From Vicinamibacterales bacterium (GTDB lineage: Bacteria > Acidobacteriota > Vicinamibacteria > Vicinamibacterales > SCN-69-37), in contig JBKJQX010000145.1 in the NCBI GenBank assembly GCA_046594875.1, forward strand, positions 7,849 to 71,848: a stretch of DNA of 64,000 nt. The letters run 5' to 3'. Both the position numbers and the translations under genes were made by a program. This document shows, in pieces, positions 16,465 to 28,229 of this stretch (position 1 is its first letter; each line of letters begins with the position of its first letter). The notes below the pieces were generated by a model that saw only the letters and a list, made by a program, of their open reading frames with translations, was not told the DNA's origin and searched no databases.

Positions 16465-17226
16465 CTAGTGCAGTAGTTGATCCACGAGGCCGATGGTCAG
16501 CAGGCCGAGTGCGATGAGGATGACCTGGCGCACGCTGTTGCTGTTGGTCTCACCGCGGTGCAGGTGCGGGATCAGGTCGGCCATCGCGACATACAGAAAA
16601 TTGCCGGCCGCGAAGGCGAGGACGTAGGGTGCCACGTTTGGCATCGCTGATCCCAGCAGCAGCATGGCCAGCGCGCCAGCCACGCCGCCAAGCGCCGACG
16701 TCGCGTTGAGCATCAACGCCTTCTTGCGCGAGTGCCCGGCCGACAGCAGAATCCCGAAGTCACCGGCCTCCTGCGGAATCTCGTGGGCGATGGCCGCGAG
16801 CGCGGTGCTGATTCCCAGTGGCACTGAGACCAGTGTGGTGGCTGCGATCGCCACGCCGTCAACAAACGTATGCACCGCATCGCCGATGATCACAAGCGTC
16901 ACGGTACTCTCATGCACCTTGCATTCCGCGTCGTCATGGCAGTGGCGGAGCAGGACGAGTTTTTCGAGAACGAAAAACGTGAGGATGCCCCCGAGCAGCG
17001 CCACAAAGGCCCGTTGTGGCGACAGGGTCTCAAGCGCCTGGGGCATCAACCCGAGCGCAGCCGCACCCAGGAGCGTGCCGACGGCGTACGACACCAGGGA
17101 CGGTACCACCCGGTTGCGGACCTCGGGGCCAAAGAGGAGGAGGATGCCGGCGACCAGAAGGCCACCGACGCTGCCGGCGACCGAGAGCCCGAGCGCCGCG
17201 GCCCAAACAAGTGATGAATCAGACAC
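16465..17226 (-). CDS. ZIP family metal (zinc/iron) transporter
   Basis: 253 aa, polytopic. Includes a His-rich loop (RHCHDDAECKVHE) and the conserved HEIPQEAGDFGILL motif of ZupT/ZIP proteins. Confidence 0.85.
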   Translation of the reverse strand: MSDSSLVWAAALGLSVAGSVGGLLVAGILLLFGPEVRNRVVPSLVSYAVGTLLGAAALGLMPQALETLSPQRAFVALLGGILTFFVLEKLVLLRHCHDDAECKVHESTVTLVIIGDAVHTFVDGVAIAATTLVSVPLGISTALAAIAHEIPQEAGDFGILLSAGHSRKKALMLNATSALGGVAGALAMLLLGSAMPNVAPYVLAFAAGNFLYVAMADLIPHLHRGETNSNSVRQVILIALGLLTIGLVDQLLH

Positions 17227-17301
17227 GCGCCGTGTAGCCTATCGCGTCTTTGGTGTGCAGAGGGCATGGGCTTCAGCCCGTGCCACATCTCCTACCCGGT
17301 C

Positions 17302-18351
17302 CTACCCGGCGATGAACCCTTTCCGGGCGCGAATGGTGTACGAGCCCTTCTTGACCCGCACTTCGATGGTGTGCCAGCGCCCGTCCTTTGGCGCCGCCGA
17401 GTTGTAGCCAAGGAAGTACTGCTGGCTGAGTTCACTGGCGATGCCGGCCGTGGCCGGGTCCAGGTCCTGCGGCGAATAGATCATTTCGGTGCGGCCACCG
17501 CTGTCGTCGGTCATCGCGCGGAGTGCGGTCTCGTTGGCGCGGTCCCCGCCTGAGCCGCTGTTGCGCGGCGGCGCGCTGCGAGTGGGCGCGGGCGCGGGAG
17601 CTGGTGGAGGCGCCGTGACTTTGCGGCCCGGAAACGGAGACGGCGATGGCGGGCGACCTGTCTTCTGCGGTGCCGAAGGCTGGCTGTAGGACCCCGATCC
17701 CCCTGATGCTTCAATGCCTACCGCATAGACGAGCACTTCGCTCTCCTGAATCAGACGCGTGAGTTCACTGACCTTCATGCGGCTGTTGGTATCGTTCCCG
17801 TCCGAGATCACCACCAGTGCTTTTTTACGCTTGCTGCCCTGCTGCGCGAGGGGAATGGCCTCGGCCACCGCGTCGTACATCGCGGTGCCGCCCCTGGGCT
17901 GCAAGCCTGAAAATGTGCGGCTGGCCGCGCGCCGGTCACTGGTCCACGGCTGCACCAACTCAGGACGATTGTCGAAGCGATAGAGGAACACTTCATCCTG
18001 TGACCCGAGCAGGTCCACCAGAAACCGATTGATGGCGGCCTGCGCCGCCACCCATCGCTCGCCCACCATGCTGCCGCTGGTGTCGACGACGATGCCGAGG
18101 CTGACGGGGACGCGTTCGGTCTCGAAGAACGACGTAGGCTGCAACACGCCGTCTTCGTAGACCTCGAAGTCGGCGCGCGTCAGACCGGAGACAAACCGTC
18201 CGCTGTTGTCGGTGACTGTCGCGGTGACGTTGATGAGGTCGACATTCGACCGGAACGAGAAGCCCTGGCCTGTCTGGCCCGCCTGACCTTGCTGGGCGCG
18301 AGCAGGGACGAGGGCGACAACAACCGCAACCGCAGCGCACAGCAGGCGCAT
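17302..18351 (-). CDS. VWA domain-containing protein (acidobacterial VWFA-related type)
   Basis: The start of track ORF 17302-18438 is moved to ATG 18351 (MRLLCAAVAVVVALVPARAQQ, signal peptide). MIDAS-like VVDTSGSM is present, and the tail ...YFLGYNSAAPKDGRWHTIEVRVKKGSYTIRARKGF is typical of the family. Confidence 0.8.
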   Translation of the reverse strand: MRLLCAAVAVVVALVPARAQQGQAGQTGQGFSFRSNVDLINVTATVTDNSGRFVSGLTRADFEVYEDGVLQPTSFFETERVPVSLGIVVDTSGSMVGERWVAAQAAINRFLVDLLGSQDEVFLYRFDNRPELVQPWTSDRRAASRTFSGLQPRGGTAMYDAVAEAIPLAQQGSKRKKALVVISDGNDTNSRMKVSELTRLIQESEVLVYAVGIEASGGSGSYSQPSAPQKTGRPPSPSPFPGRKVTAPPPAPAPAPTRSAPPRNSGSGGDRANETALRAMTDDSGGRTEMIYSPQDLDPATAGIASELSQQYFLGYNSAAPKDGRWHTIEVRVKKGSYTIRARKGFIAG

Positions 18352-18352
18352 G

Positions 18353-19096
18353 TCAGCGGCCTTCCGCCACTGTGGCCGCGCCTGCCGTCGTGCCTTCGAT
18401 GGGCTGTCCGCGTCGATCGACGTGCGCCACGACGGCACCGTCTACCGCGCGAAAGCCCACACGGAAGCGGTTGACGCCAGTCACTTTCGGCAGGCGCACC
18501 ACAAACGGTGATTCCGCTCCTGGCGCGAGCGTGGCGAATTCCAGTGCAGCTTTGCCCGACGCGAAGTAGTCGCCCTGGGCGTTGAAGACATAGACCACAG
18601 CCATCACCGGAGGGGCTGGGCGGCCGTCGCGCGGATTCTGCACGAGGCCGGTGACGACGAAGTCGGATTCTTCGAGGCGGTGACTGAGTGACAGCAACTC
18701 GAGCGGCGGCGCATCTGCGGCCCTCGCCGAACGTTCTGGTGCAGGGGCGCTGTTGTTCTGCGCCACGCGGGTCGAGATCGGGCCATACAGGCCGTAGACC
18801 GTGCCGGCGCCAAGCGCCATAAAGAGGACGGCAACACCGACGGCCAACCACGAGCGCGACGGCGCCTCGGTGCGGCTGACGGTTGCGAACACTGGTGGCG
18901 GCATGGTGGCATCCTGCCAGCGCTGTTCAGGTTCGGCTTCCTGCGGGACCTCGGGCTCAAACGCCAGTTGCCGCAACATGGCGGCCCGGGCGTCGGTGCG
19001 CTGCCGGTCGCCGCGCAACAGTCGCCACGCCACCACGGCCAGGGCGATCGCCAGGGTCAAGGCCCCGACCAATGTGATCCACAAGGTCCACTCCAT
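18353..19096 (-). CDS. Hypothetical membrane-anchored protein
   Basis: 247 aa with two TM segments (WITLVGALTLAIALAVVAW and WLAVGVAVLFMALGAGTVYGL) and a beta-rich C-terminal domain. The stop is 1 nt from the VWA gene start. Confidence 0.55.
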   Translation of the reverse strand: MEWTLWITLVGALTLAIALAVVAWRLLRGDRQRTDARAAMLRQLAFEPEVPQEAEPEQRWQDATMPPPVFATVSRTEAPSRSWLAVGVAVLFMALGAGTVYGLYGPISTRVAQNNSAPAPERSARAADAPPLELLSLSHRLEESDFVVTGLVQNPRDGRPAPPVMAVVYVFNAQGDYFASGKAALEFATLAPGAESPFVVRLPKVTGVNRFRVGFRAVDGAVVAHVDRRGQPIEGTTAGAATVAEGR

Positions 19097-19126
19097 GATC
19101 TTGTCTCTCCTTCGAGCCCCGTTGGC

Positions 19127-20203
19127 CTAGCGCAGCGCGAAACCCACGGCCACTTCCACCAACACGTCCACGGCTGCGCCCTTGCGACGCGCCGGCGCGA
19201 AGCGCCATTGCTTGACGGCTGCAATCGCCCTCTGGTCCAGCCCGGAGCCGAGCGTGCGCATCAGTCGCACATCACCCACCGAGCCATCGCGCCGGACGAC
19301 AATTTCCATGACCACATCGCCTTCAATGGCGCGTCGGCGTCCTTCGTCGGTGTAGACCGGCTTCACTTCGCGACGGAGCAATGGCGGTTCGATGCCGCTG
19401 CCCGGACGAAATGGCCCGCCACCCGTGCCGCCATCCGAACCTTCGCCGATTCCCGCGCCGTTGCCTTCGCCAAGTCCCGTACCCTGGCCCGAGCCCGCGC
19501 CTCCGCCCGTGCCTCTGCCCTGGCTCGTTGAGGGGGGCGCCTGCGAGTTGAGCAGGCCGGCCTGGTCGTCTGTGTCGGCGGCCATGGGAGCCACAGGGGC
19601 CTGAACCACCGGCATCGGTTTTTGCCGTTCAGGCGTCGGGCGTACCGGAATCGGCTGCACCGGCGCTAGTCGCTGCGGCGGCGTCGGTCGGGTCACGGGA
19701 CGTGGGGGCGGTCGATAGGGGGGTGGCTTCGGCACCGGAACACTGATTTTTCTTGGCGCTGGTGCGGGGGCCTTGGCCTTGGCAGGCGGCGGAGGAAGGG
19801 GGATGGCGTTTCCGCCACCGCCACCGCCACCACCGGGACCGGGGAGCATCATGAACACCATGCGAACCGGTGTCGGGTCTTCGATGTGAGTTTCGGTGTC
19901 GTTTGCCTTGAGCAGCCCGAGCGACGAGGCGACGAGTAGCAGAGCGACAAACGCCGCGTGCATCATGCCCGACGCCGCCAGGGGCAGGCTGCCTTTGCGC
20001 CGGGTGGGGCGGAGCAGCGTGAGTGGCGCGCGCCCCAGTTCGCCGCGCGCGAACCCGCGCACAAGCCGCACGGCGTCGGCCTGCGACATGTGGCCGTTGA
20101 CCACCAGGATTTGTTCGGATTCGACTACGTCCCGCACCTGGTCCACAGGCACCGCAGCCGCCATCGCAACATCCTTCGGCGAGAACACCTCCACTTCATT
20201 CAT
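19127..20203 (-). CDS. TonB family protein (energy transducer C-terminal domain)
   Basis: 358 aa with one TM segment, a poly-Gly and Pro-rich spacer (PPPPAKAKAPAPAP...PPPYRPPPRP) and a TonB C-terminal fold (PVYTDEGRRRAIEGDVVMEIVVRRDGSVGDVRLMRTLGSGLDQRAIAAVKQWRFAPARRKG). Confidence 0.8.
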   Translation of the reverse strand: MNEVEVFSPKDVAMAAAVPVDQVRDVVESEQILVVNGHMSQADAVRLVRGFARGELGRAPLTLLRPTRRKGSLPLAASGMMHAAFVALLLVASSLGLLKANDTETHIEDPTPVRMVFMMLPGPGGGGGGGGNAIPLPPPPAKAKAPAPAPRKISVPVPKPPPYRPPPRPVTRPTPPQRLAPVQPIPVRPTPERQKPMPVVQAPVAPMAADTDDQAGLLNSQAPPSTSQGRGTGGGAGSGQGTGLGEGNGAGIGEGSDGGTGGGPFRPGSGIEPPLLRREVKPVYTDEGRRRAIEGDVVMEIVVRRDGSVGDVRLMRTLGSGLDQRAIAAVKQWRFAPARRKGAAVDVLVEVAVGFALR

Positions 20204-20229
20204 GTCGGGCCTGGAGAAGCGGGGAAATA

Positions 20230-20344
20230 GGGGGACGGGTGTGATTTCCGCAGAAATGGCGAAAAAGGGGACAGGCCTCGGAACAACAGCCGCCGAGGCC
20301 TGTCCCCCTTTTCGCCATTTCTGCGGAAATCACACCCGTCCCCC
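20230..20344. repeat. Long near-perfect inverted repeat (52-nt arms, 11-nt loop)
   Basis: The left arm is 20230-20281 (gggggacgggtgtgatttccgcagaaatggcgaaaaaggggacaggcctcgg). The right arm at 20293-20344 is its reverse complement with one mismatch (51 of 52). It fills most of the 154-bp divergent spacer between the TonB-family gene and the SDR gene. Confidence 0.9.
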
Positions 20345-20357
20345 TTAGACTTCGGTC

Positions 20358-21116
20358 ATGACTCGAGCGGCGATCGTGACCGGGGCGTCGTCTGGCATTG
20401 GGCGGGCGACGTGCCTGCGGCTTGCGACAGAGGGAATGGCGGTGCTGGCCGTGGGGCGGAACGCCGAGGCCTTGCTGGCAGTCTGTGATCTTGTTGTGGC
20501 TGACGGTGGCGAGGCCGAGGCGTTGGTCGCCGACGTGACCGCTCCGGATGCGCCGCGCGAGATCGTCGAACATGCGACGGCGAAGTGGGGCGGCGTGGAC
20601 GCACTTGTCAACGCCGCAGGCATCATCGCCTCGGGCGCCATAGGCGATACGAGCGATGACGCGTTCGACGCGATGATGGATATCAACCTGCGCGCGTCGT
20701 TCCGGTTGATTCGCGAGGCGACGCCCACACTCGTGGCGCGCAAGGGTGCGGTGGTGAATGTGTCGAGCGTGGCCGGGCTGCGATCGTTCCCCGGCGTGCT
20801 GGCGTACTGCGTGAGCAAAGCCGCCGTCGATCAGCTCACGCGATGTGCCGCGCTCGATCTCGCGCCGCACGGCGTGCGTGTGAACGCGGTGAACCCCGGC
20901 GTGGTCGTGACGAACCTCCATCGTCGCAGCGGGATGGACGAGGCGCGTTACACGGCGTTTCTTGAGCACTCGAAGACGACCCATCCGCTGGGCCGTCCGG
21001 GCACACCCGAAGAGGTGGCGGAACTGATCACTTTCCTGGTGTCGCCCGCGTCAGCGTGGATCACCGGGGAGACCATCGCGATTGATGGCGGCCGGCACCT
21101 GACCTGTCTGCGTTAG
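20358..21116 (+). CDS. SDR family oxidoreductase (FabG-like)
   Basis: TGASSGIGRA glycine-rich NAD(P) motif, NAAG, and the catalytic S...YCVSK pattern. 252 aa. Confidence 0.9.
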   Translation: MTRAAIVTGASSGIGRATCLRLATEGMAVLAVGRNAEALLAVCDLVVADGGEAEALVADVTAPDAPREIVEHATAKWGGVDALVNAAGIIASGAIGDTSDDAFDAMMDINLRASFRLIREATPTLVARKGAVVNVSSVAGLRSFPGVLAYCVSKAAVDQLTRCAALDLAPHGVRVNAVNPGVVVTNLHRRSGMDEARYTAFLEHSKTTHPLGRPGTPEEVAELITFLVSPASAWITGETIAIDGGRHLTCLR

Positions 21117-21688
21117 GCCCTGCCCTTCACTGCTTCGAAGTACCGCACGCCGTCGACTTCGGCGAGGAGCCGCGCGGCTCGCAGGCCGGCAGCCGTCAGG
21201 GTCGCGATGACCTTCTCAGACGGTTCAGCCGATGCATCCGCATTACGGATGAGGCCAAACAGTCCCGGGCGGCCCACACGGTCCAGCAGGATGATGCGCC
21301 CGCCAGGCCGAACCACACGAATCGCTTCGCCCAGGACCTGCGGGGCCTGGCCTTCGAGCGCACGCAGGCCGTCGGCGATGACCGCAACGTCCCAGTGGTC
21401 CGTATCAAAAGGCAGCAGCGAGAGCGGGGCGTCTTCGAAGTCCACAAGGCCGCCGGCTGCGGCCGCGGCAGCTGCCACCCTGGCGTCGGCACCTGCGCGC
21501 CGATCGACCACCGTGGTTTGTCCGTTCAGGCTGGTGATGACGCCCACGGCTCCGGCAAGGTCCGGCATGCCGGCACCGCAGAACAACACCCGGTCGCCGC
21601 CCTTCACCCCGAGCATGGCCACCGCTGATGCAAACGGCTGATCGCGCGTTCGCTTGATCAGCTTCAGGATCCCGAGTTCCGTAAACAC
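21113..21688 (-). CDS. Class I SAM-dependent methyltransferase
   Basis: Only the 3' 191 codons of track ORF 21113-23092 look genuine. GTG 21688 is preceded by AGGGAGGG. VLFCGAGMPDLAG is a motif I-like sequence, and VVRPGGRIILLD matches the post-motif. Confidence 0.7.
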   Translation of the reverse strand: MFTELGILKLIKRTRDQPFASAVAMLGVKGGDRVLFCGAGMPDLAGAVGVITSLNGQTTVVDRRAGADARVAAAAAAAGGLVDFEDAPLSLLPFDTDHWDVAVIADGLRALEGQAPQVLGEAIRVVRPGGRIILLDRVGRPGLFGLIRNADASAEPSEKVIATLTAAGLRAARLLAEVDGVRYFEAVKGRA

Positions 21689-21733
21689 CTGCCCTCCCTG
21701 ACGTTCCCACCCCAGATGATATAGTTCTATGCC

Positions 21734-23047
<1,314 letters not shown>

Positions 23048-23070
23048 TTCACACCAACAGAAGGACGCCC

Positions 23071-23550
23071 ATGGCCCGTTTCCAACCCGCACTACTCGGC
23101 GGTCTCTTCATCGGTGTGTTGTCGGCGCTGCCCGTCATCGGGTTCGCCAACTGTTGTTGTCTGTGGGTGATCACCGGCGGCATGCTCACGGTCTACCTGG
23201 AGCAGCAGGCCACTCCCAAGCCAATCGAAACGTCGTCTGCGGCGCTGAGCGGCCTCATTGCCGGCGCGGTGGGCGGGCTCATCTCCAGCCTGGCGAGCGC
23301 TCTGACGCTCCGTCTCACCGGTGGCGTGCAGCAGGACGCCATTGAGCAGGCGCTCTCAAACATTCCCAACATGCCGCCCGAGACGATGGAGATGATCCGC
23401 GGCTTCGCGACCGGGCCGTCGCTGGCCTTGGTCATGGTGGCCATCACGGTGCCGCTCTATGCCGTGTTCGGCATGCTGGGTGCGTTGCTGGGCACCGCGT
23501 TCTTCCGCAAGAAGGCCACCCCGGACGGGATGGTCGGGCCGACGGCGTGA
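23071..23550 (+). CDS. Hypothetical small membrane protein
   Basis: ATG 23071 lies inside track ORF 22762-23550. There are 3-4 hydrophobic helices and a CCC motif ([14 protein letters not shown]). The stop overlaps the acs GTG start (GTGA). Confidence 0.55.
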   Translation: MARFQPALLGGLFIGVLSALPVIGFANCCCLWVITGGMLTVYLEQQATPKPIETSSAALSGLIAGAVGGLISSLASALTLRLTGGVQQDAIEQALSNIPNMPPETMEMIRGFATGPSLALVMVAITVPLYAVFGMLGALLGTAFFRKKATPDGMVGPTA

Positions 23551-25526
23551 GCCCGACCGAACCACGCGGGCCTGAGATCGACGCGCTGCTCAATCTACTC
23601 AACGAGCAGCGCGTGTTTGAGCCTTCCGCGGACTGGCGCGCGAATGCCGTAGCCAACGACTCGTCCGTCTACGAACGTGCGGCGGCGGACCCCGAAGCGT
23701 TCTGGGCGACATTCGCCGCTGAACTCGAATGGACGCGCCCCTGGACCCAGGTGCTCGACTGGCAGCCGCCTCACGCAAAGTGGTTTGTCGGCGGCCAGCT
23801 CAACGCGAGCGTCAATTGCCTCGATCGTCATGTGCGGACGTCGCGCCGCAACACCGCCGCGCTGATCTGGGAAGGTGAGCCGGGCGACCGCCGCACGCTC
23901 ACGTACTGGGACCTGTACCGTCAGGTCTGCCAGTGCGCCAACGTCCTGAAGTCTCTTGGCGTAAGGAAGGGCGACCGCGTCGCCATCTATCTGCCGCTGA
24001 TTCCCGAACTCGCCATCGCAATGCTCGCGTGCGCGCGCATCGGCGCCGTGCACTCGGTGGTCTTTGGTGGGTTCAGCGCCGAAGCGCTGCGCGATCGCAT
24101 CAACGACGCGCAGGCGTCGTTGCTCATCACCGCCGATGGCGGCTACCGCCGCGGACAGATCGTGCCCCTCAAACAGACTGCCGATGAGGCGCTCACCGGC
24201 ACGCCTTCGATTCAACACGTCCTGCTCGTGCGGCGGCAGCCGGGTGAAATGTTTCCCGTGCACGTCAAGGAAGGCCGCGATCATTGGTACCACCGCCTGA
24301 TGCAGGATGCGTCCGCGGACTGTCCAGCCGAACCCATGGATGCCGAGGACATGCTCTACATCCTCTACACGTCAGGCACCACCGGCAAGCCCAAGGGCAT
24401 CGTGCACACGACGGCCGGCTATCTGGTGGGCACGTACGCAACCACGAAATGGGTGTTCGACCTGCAGGACACCGATGTGTTCTGGTGCACCGCCGACATC
24501 GGCTGGGTCACTGGGCACAGCTACGTCGTGTACGGACCGCTGCAGAATGGCGCCACCGTCGTGATGTATGAGGGCGCTCCCGACTGGCCGTCGAAAGATC
24601 GCTTTTGGGAAATCGTCGAGCGCCACGGCGTCACCATCTTCTACACTGCCCCCACCGCGATTCGCGCGTTCATGAAGTGGGGAACCGAGTGGCCCGCGAA
24701 GCGCGACCTTTCGTCGCTGCGTCTTCTGGGTTCGGTCGGTGAACCGATCAACCCCGAGGCGTGGATGTGGTACCACGAACACATCGGCGGGGGACGGTGT
24801 CCAGTCGTCGACACGTGGTGGCAAACCGAGACCGGTCACATCATGATTGCGCCGCTGCCCGGCCTCACGCCGCTCAAACCCGGTTCGGCGACGAAACCAT
24901 TTCCCGGCATCACCGCCGAGATTCGCACCGGCGCGGGTGTGGCCGTCGCCAAGGGAGGCGGGCTCCTGGCGCTGACCAAACCCTGGCCCGGCATGTTGCG
25001 CGGCATCTACGGCGACCCGGCCAGGTTCGTCGAGCAGTACTGGACCCGTTGGGACGACGGCGTGTATTTCACAGGCGATGGCGCCCGTGTTGATGAACAG
25101 GGTGACTACTGGCTGCTGGGCCGCGTCGACGACGTGCTGAACGTGGCCGGACATCGGTTGGGCACAAGCGAAGTGGAGAGCGCGCTGGTGGACCACCCTG
25201 CCGTGGCCGAGGCCGCCGTGGTCGGGCGCCCCCACGAGATCAAGGGCCAGTCGATTGCCGCGTTTGTGACGGTGAAAGAGGGGGTCATCGCCACCGCCAG
25301 CTTGAGCGATGAACTGAAGGAGCACGTGGTCCGGAAGATCGGCGCCATCGCGCGGCCGGACCAGATTCTCTTCGCTGCCGACCTCCCCAAGACCCGATCC
25401 GGCAAGATCATGCGGCGACTGCTGCGCGATGTGGCCGAAGGCAAGGCCCTGGGAGACACCACGACGCTCGCCGATCCGAACGTCATCCGGCGCCTCAAGG
25501 ACGAATACGAGGCGCTCGAGAGCTGA
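23547..25526 (+). CDS. acs: Acetyl-CoA synthetase (AMP-forming)
   Basis: 659 aa. [14 protein letters not shown]-binding motif, [44 protein letters not shown] and [15 protein letters not shown]. Confidence 0.95.
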   Translation: MSPTEPRGPEIDALLNLLNEQRVFEPSADWRANAVANDSSVYERAAADPEAFWATFAAELEWTRPWTQVLDWQPPHAKWFVGGQLNASVNCLDRHVRTSRRNTAALIWEGEPGDRRTLTYWDLYRQVCQCANVLKSLGVRKGDRVAIYLPLIPELAIAMLACARIGAVHSVVFGGFSAEALRDRINDAQASLLITADGGYRRGQIVPLKQTADEALTGTPSIQHVLLVRRQPGEMFPVHVKEGRDHWYHRLMQDASADCPAEPMDAEDMLYILYTSGTTGKPKGIVHTTAGYLVGTYATTKWVFDLQDTDVFWCTADIGWVTGHSYVVYGPLQNGATVVMYEGAPDWPSKDRFWEIVERHGVTIFYTAPTAIRAFMKWGTEWPAKRDLSSLRLLGSVGEPINPEAWMWYHEHIGGGRCPVVDTWWQTETGHIMIAPLPGLTPLKPGSATKPFPGITAEIRTGAGVAVAKGGGLLALTKPWPGMLRGIYGDPARFVEQYWTRWDDGVYFTGDGARVDEQGDYWLLGRVDDVLNVAGHRLGTSEVESALVDHPAVAEAAVVGRPHEIKGQSIAAFVTVKEGVIATASLSDELKEHVVRKIGAIARPDQILFAADLPKTRSGKIMRRLLRDVAEGKALGDTTTLADPNVIRRLKDEYEALES

Positions 25527-25593
25527 CGCTCGTAATGGCATTTCCCAATTCCGAGGAACGCGTCCGTGTCCGATCGCGTATACCCTTGATGCC

Positions 25594-26280
25594 ATGGCAC
25601 TGATCGAAACCAACAACCTGTGGAAGACCTACGTGATGGGCGCCGAAGAAATTCACGCGCTCCGGGGGGTCTCGATCTCCATTGAACGCGGCGAATATGT
25701 GGCGATCATGGGGCCCAGCGGGTCGGGCAAGTCCACGCTCATGAACCTGATCGGCTGCCTCGACACGCCGTCGCAGGGCACCTACACCCTCAACGGCAAA
25801 CAGGCGGGCCAGATGAGCGACGACGAATTGGCGCGCATCCGGAATGAAGAAATCGGGTTCGTGTTCCAGACGTTCAACCTGTTGCCCCGCGCCACCGCGC
25901 TCCACAACGTGGAACTGCCCCTGATCTATGCCGGGGTCAGCGCGAAGGTGCGCCACCAACGCGCCAGCACGGCGCTCGACAAGGTCGAACTGGGAGATCG
26001 CAAGACCCACAAGCCCAACGAATTGTCTGGCGGCCAGCGGCAGCGTGTGGCCATTGCCCGGGCGCTGGTCAACAACCCCTCGATCGTGCTCGCCGACGAA
26101 CCCACCGGTAACCTGGACTCAAAAACCGGCGTGGAAATCATGAGCCTCTTCGAGCGCCTCCATGAAGCTGGCAATACGATCATTCTCGTCACGCACGAGC
26201 CAGAAGTGGCCGCCCACGCCCATCGCTCCATCCACATCCGCGACGGCCAGGTCGAAAAGGACGTCCACCGCGCCGCATAG
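25594..26280 (+). CDS. ABC transporter ATP-binding protein, MacB/LolD-like
   Basis: ATG 25594 lies inside track ORF 25429-26280. Walker [10 protein letters not shown], signature [15 protein letters not shown], and Walker [12 protein letters not shown]. No permease gene is adjacent. Confidence 0.9.
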   Translation: MALIETNNLWKTYVMGAEEIHALRGVSISIERGEYVAIMGPSGSGKSTLMNLIGCLDTPSQGTYTLNGKQAGQMSDDELARIRNEEIGFVFQTFNLLPRATALHNVELPLIYAGVSAKVRHQRASTALDKVELGDRKTHKPNELSGGQRQRVAIARALVNNPSIVLADEPTGNLDSKTGVEIMSLFERLHEAGNTIILVTHEPEVAAHAHRSIHIRDGQVEKDVHRAA

Positions 26281-26285
26281 TGATA

Positions 26286-26326
26286 TCAACACGAGGCATG
26301 AAGGATGTCTTCACGTCTCGTGTGAA
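26286..26326. terminator. Hairpin of the shared repeat family between convergent genes (candidate bidirectional terminator)
   Basis: acacgaggcatgaagg / tcttcacgtctcgtgt form a 16-bp stem (1 mismatch, 2 G-U) around a short loop. The stem sequence is shared with 16371-16456 and 13525-13554. Confidence 0.45.
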
Positions 26327-26331
26327 CTGAA

Positions 26332-27210
26332 CTACACGATCGCCGCGAAGTGACCGGCGGCGACTTCGCGCAAGGCCATCGGCTGATATTCCTCGTGCGC
26401 GAATGGAATCCTCGTCGTCCGGTCGGCCGGGTCCACACGCGGCACCGCTGAGAGCAGGGCCTGCGTGTAAGCGTGGGCCGGGCTGGTGAAGAGCTGATTG
26501 GCGGGCGCACTTTCCACAATGCGGCCGCGATACATCACCGCCACCCGGTCGCAGACCTGTCGCACCAGACGCAGGTCGTGCGCGATGAACAGGTAGGTGA
26601 GGCCGAGCCGGGCCTGCAGATCCTGCAGGAGGTTCACGACCTGTGCCTGCACCGAGACGTCCAGGGCCGAGACCGGTTCGTCCGCGATGATGAGTGACGG
26701 GTTGAGCGCCAGGGCGCGGGCCAGGCCGATGCGCTGGCGCTGGCCGCCGCTGAACTCGTGGGGGAACTTGGAAGATTGCGCCGGATCGAGACCGACCAGT
26801 CCAAACAGCTCCGCCACCCGTGCCCTGCGCTCCTCGCGTGTGCCGATGCGGTGGATGATGAGCGGTTCTTCGACGATGGCGCCGGCGCGCATGCGGGGGT
26901 TGAGCGACGAATAGGGATCCTGAAAGACGATTTGCAGGTCGCGGCGGGCGCGCCGAAGGTCTCGTGCGTTGAGCGCCGCCAGGTCGGTGCCCTTGAAGAT
27001 GACCTGTCCCGATGTTGGCTCGATCAAGCGCAGAATGCACCGACCAGTGGTCGTCTTCCCACAGCCAGATTCACCGACGAGGCCGAACGTTTCGCCGGGC
27101 CGTACATCGAAACTGATGTCATCCACGGCGCGCACCGTGCCGCCGCTGCGCAGCCATCCGCCGCGGCTGAACTCCTTCACCAGATGCGAAACCTGCAGGA
27201 GCGGCGTCAT
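26332..27210 (-). CDS. Oligopeptide/dipeptide ABC transporter ATP-binding protein (OppF/DppF-like)
   Basis: Walker [10 protein letters not shown], signature [15 protein letters not shown], Walker [12 protein letters not shown], and an Opp-type C-terminal extension. Confidence 0.9.
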   Translation of the reverse strand: MTPLLQVSHLVKEFSRGGWLRSGGTVRAVDDISFDVRPGETFGLVGESGCGKTTTGRCILRLIEPTSGQVIFKGTDLAALNARDLRRARRDLQIVFQDPYSSLNPRMRAGAIVEEPLIIHRIGTREERRARVAELFGLVGLDPAQSSKFPHEFSGGQRQRIGLARALALNPSLIIADEPVSALDVSVQAQVVNLLQDLQARLGLTYLFIAHDLRLVRQVCDRVAVMYRGRIVESAPANQLFTSPAHAYTQALLSAVPRVDPADRTTRIPFAHEEYQPMALREVAAGHFAAIV

Positions 27211-28229
27211 CCCCGGCCTCCCGCCACAGACTGGTGCAGATAGCAGCGCACCGAACGGCCGGCGCCCTCAACGCCAATCGGCGGGGTCACTCCAGGCGGA
27301 ATGGTGTCGCACACCGGAAGGCGATCGACGCAGCGGGGGGCAAACGCGCAGCCCGGCGGGAACTGTCCGAGCGACGGCACCGTGCCGGCAATCGCCGTGA
27401 GGCGCCGGCCATCGGCCGAGCCCGGCAGGCACGCCAGCAGGCCCCGCGTGTACGGATGCGCGGGCGTCTTGAACACATCGGCGACCGGGCCTTCTTCCAC
27501 GATGCGGCCGCCATACATGACAGCCACGCGGTCGGCCATTTCGGCCACCACGCCGAGATCGTGCGTGATCAGGAGCAGCGCCAGGCCAAGCGAGGCGCGC
27601 AGTTCACGAAGCAGGTCGAGGATCTCGCCCTGGACGGTGACGTCGAGTGCCGTTGTGGGTTCGTCGGCAATGGCCAGTGAAGGCTCTGCGCACAGCGCCA
27701 GAGCAATCATGGCGCGCTGCCGGAGGCCGCCGCTGAGTTGGTGAGGATATTCGCGCGCCCGGCGCTCGGGATCCGGGACGCGCGCTGCGCGAAGCCATTC
27801 GATCGCACGGGTTCGCGCAGCCCGGCCATGGGCAAGGCCGTGCACCGTCAACGTTTCCGCGATCTGTTGACCGATCGTGTAGACCGGGTTGAGCGCCACC
27901 ATCGGTTCCTGGAATACGAACCCAATCCGGCGTCCGCGGATGGCCCGCAACTCGCGCTCATCAAGGGTCAGCAGATCTCGCCCGTCGAAGATGATTTCGC
28001 CCTGCGTGATGCGTCCCGGAGGCATGACCAGGCGAAGAATCGACAGGGCCGTCACCGACTTGCCGCTGCCAGACTCGCCGACCAGCCCAAGTGTCTCGCC
28101 CGCGCTCACGACCAGCGAGACGTCATCGACGGCGGCCACGTCACGCCCATCCGGCAGGGTGAAGACCGTGCGCAGTCGATCGACTCGCAGGAGCGGGGCG
28201 TCAGACGTGGAGTTCACTGTGTTCGCCAA
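27207..28229 (-). CDS. Oligopeptide/dipeptide ABC transporter ATP-binding protein (OppD/DppD-like)
   Basis: Walker [10 protein letters not shown], signature [15 protein letters not shown], Walker [12 protein letters not shown], and a Cys-containing C-terminal oligopeptide domain. A 4-nt overlap links it to the OppF-like gene. Confidence 0.9.
   Translation of the reverse strand: MANTVNSTSDAPLLRVDRLRTVFTLPDGRDVAAVDDVSLVVSAGETLGLVGESGSGKSVTALSILRLVMPPGRITQGEIIFDGRDLLTLDERELRAIRGRRIGFVFQEPMVALNPVYTIGQQIAETLTVHGLAHGRAARTRAIEWLRAARVPDPERRAREYPHQLSGGLRQRAMIALALCAEPSLAIADEPTTALDVTVQGEILDLLRELRASLGLALLLITHDLGVVAEMADRVAVMYGGRIVEEGPVADVFKTPAHPYTRGLLACLPGSADGRRLTAIAGTVPSLGQFPPGCAFAPRCVDRLPVCDTIPPGVTPPIGVEGAGRSVRCYLHQSVAGGRG

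Noticed and set aside
24372-25616. 414-aa minus-strand ORF antisense to acs, and similar long antisense ORFs (7628-8545, 9116-9946, 27889-29445, 35466-36431, 41528-42394, 59979-60875, 61740-62732)
   Set aside because: Each one lies fully inside a strongly supported gene on the other strand. All have the compositional signature of high-GC antisense frames, and none shows recognisable motifs.
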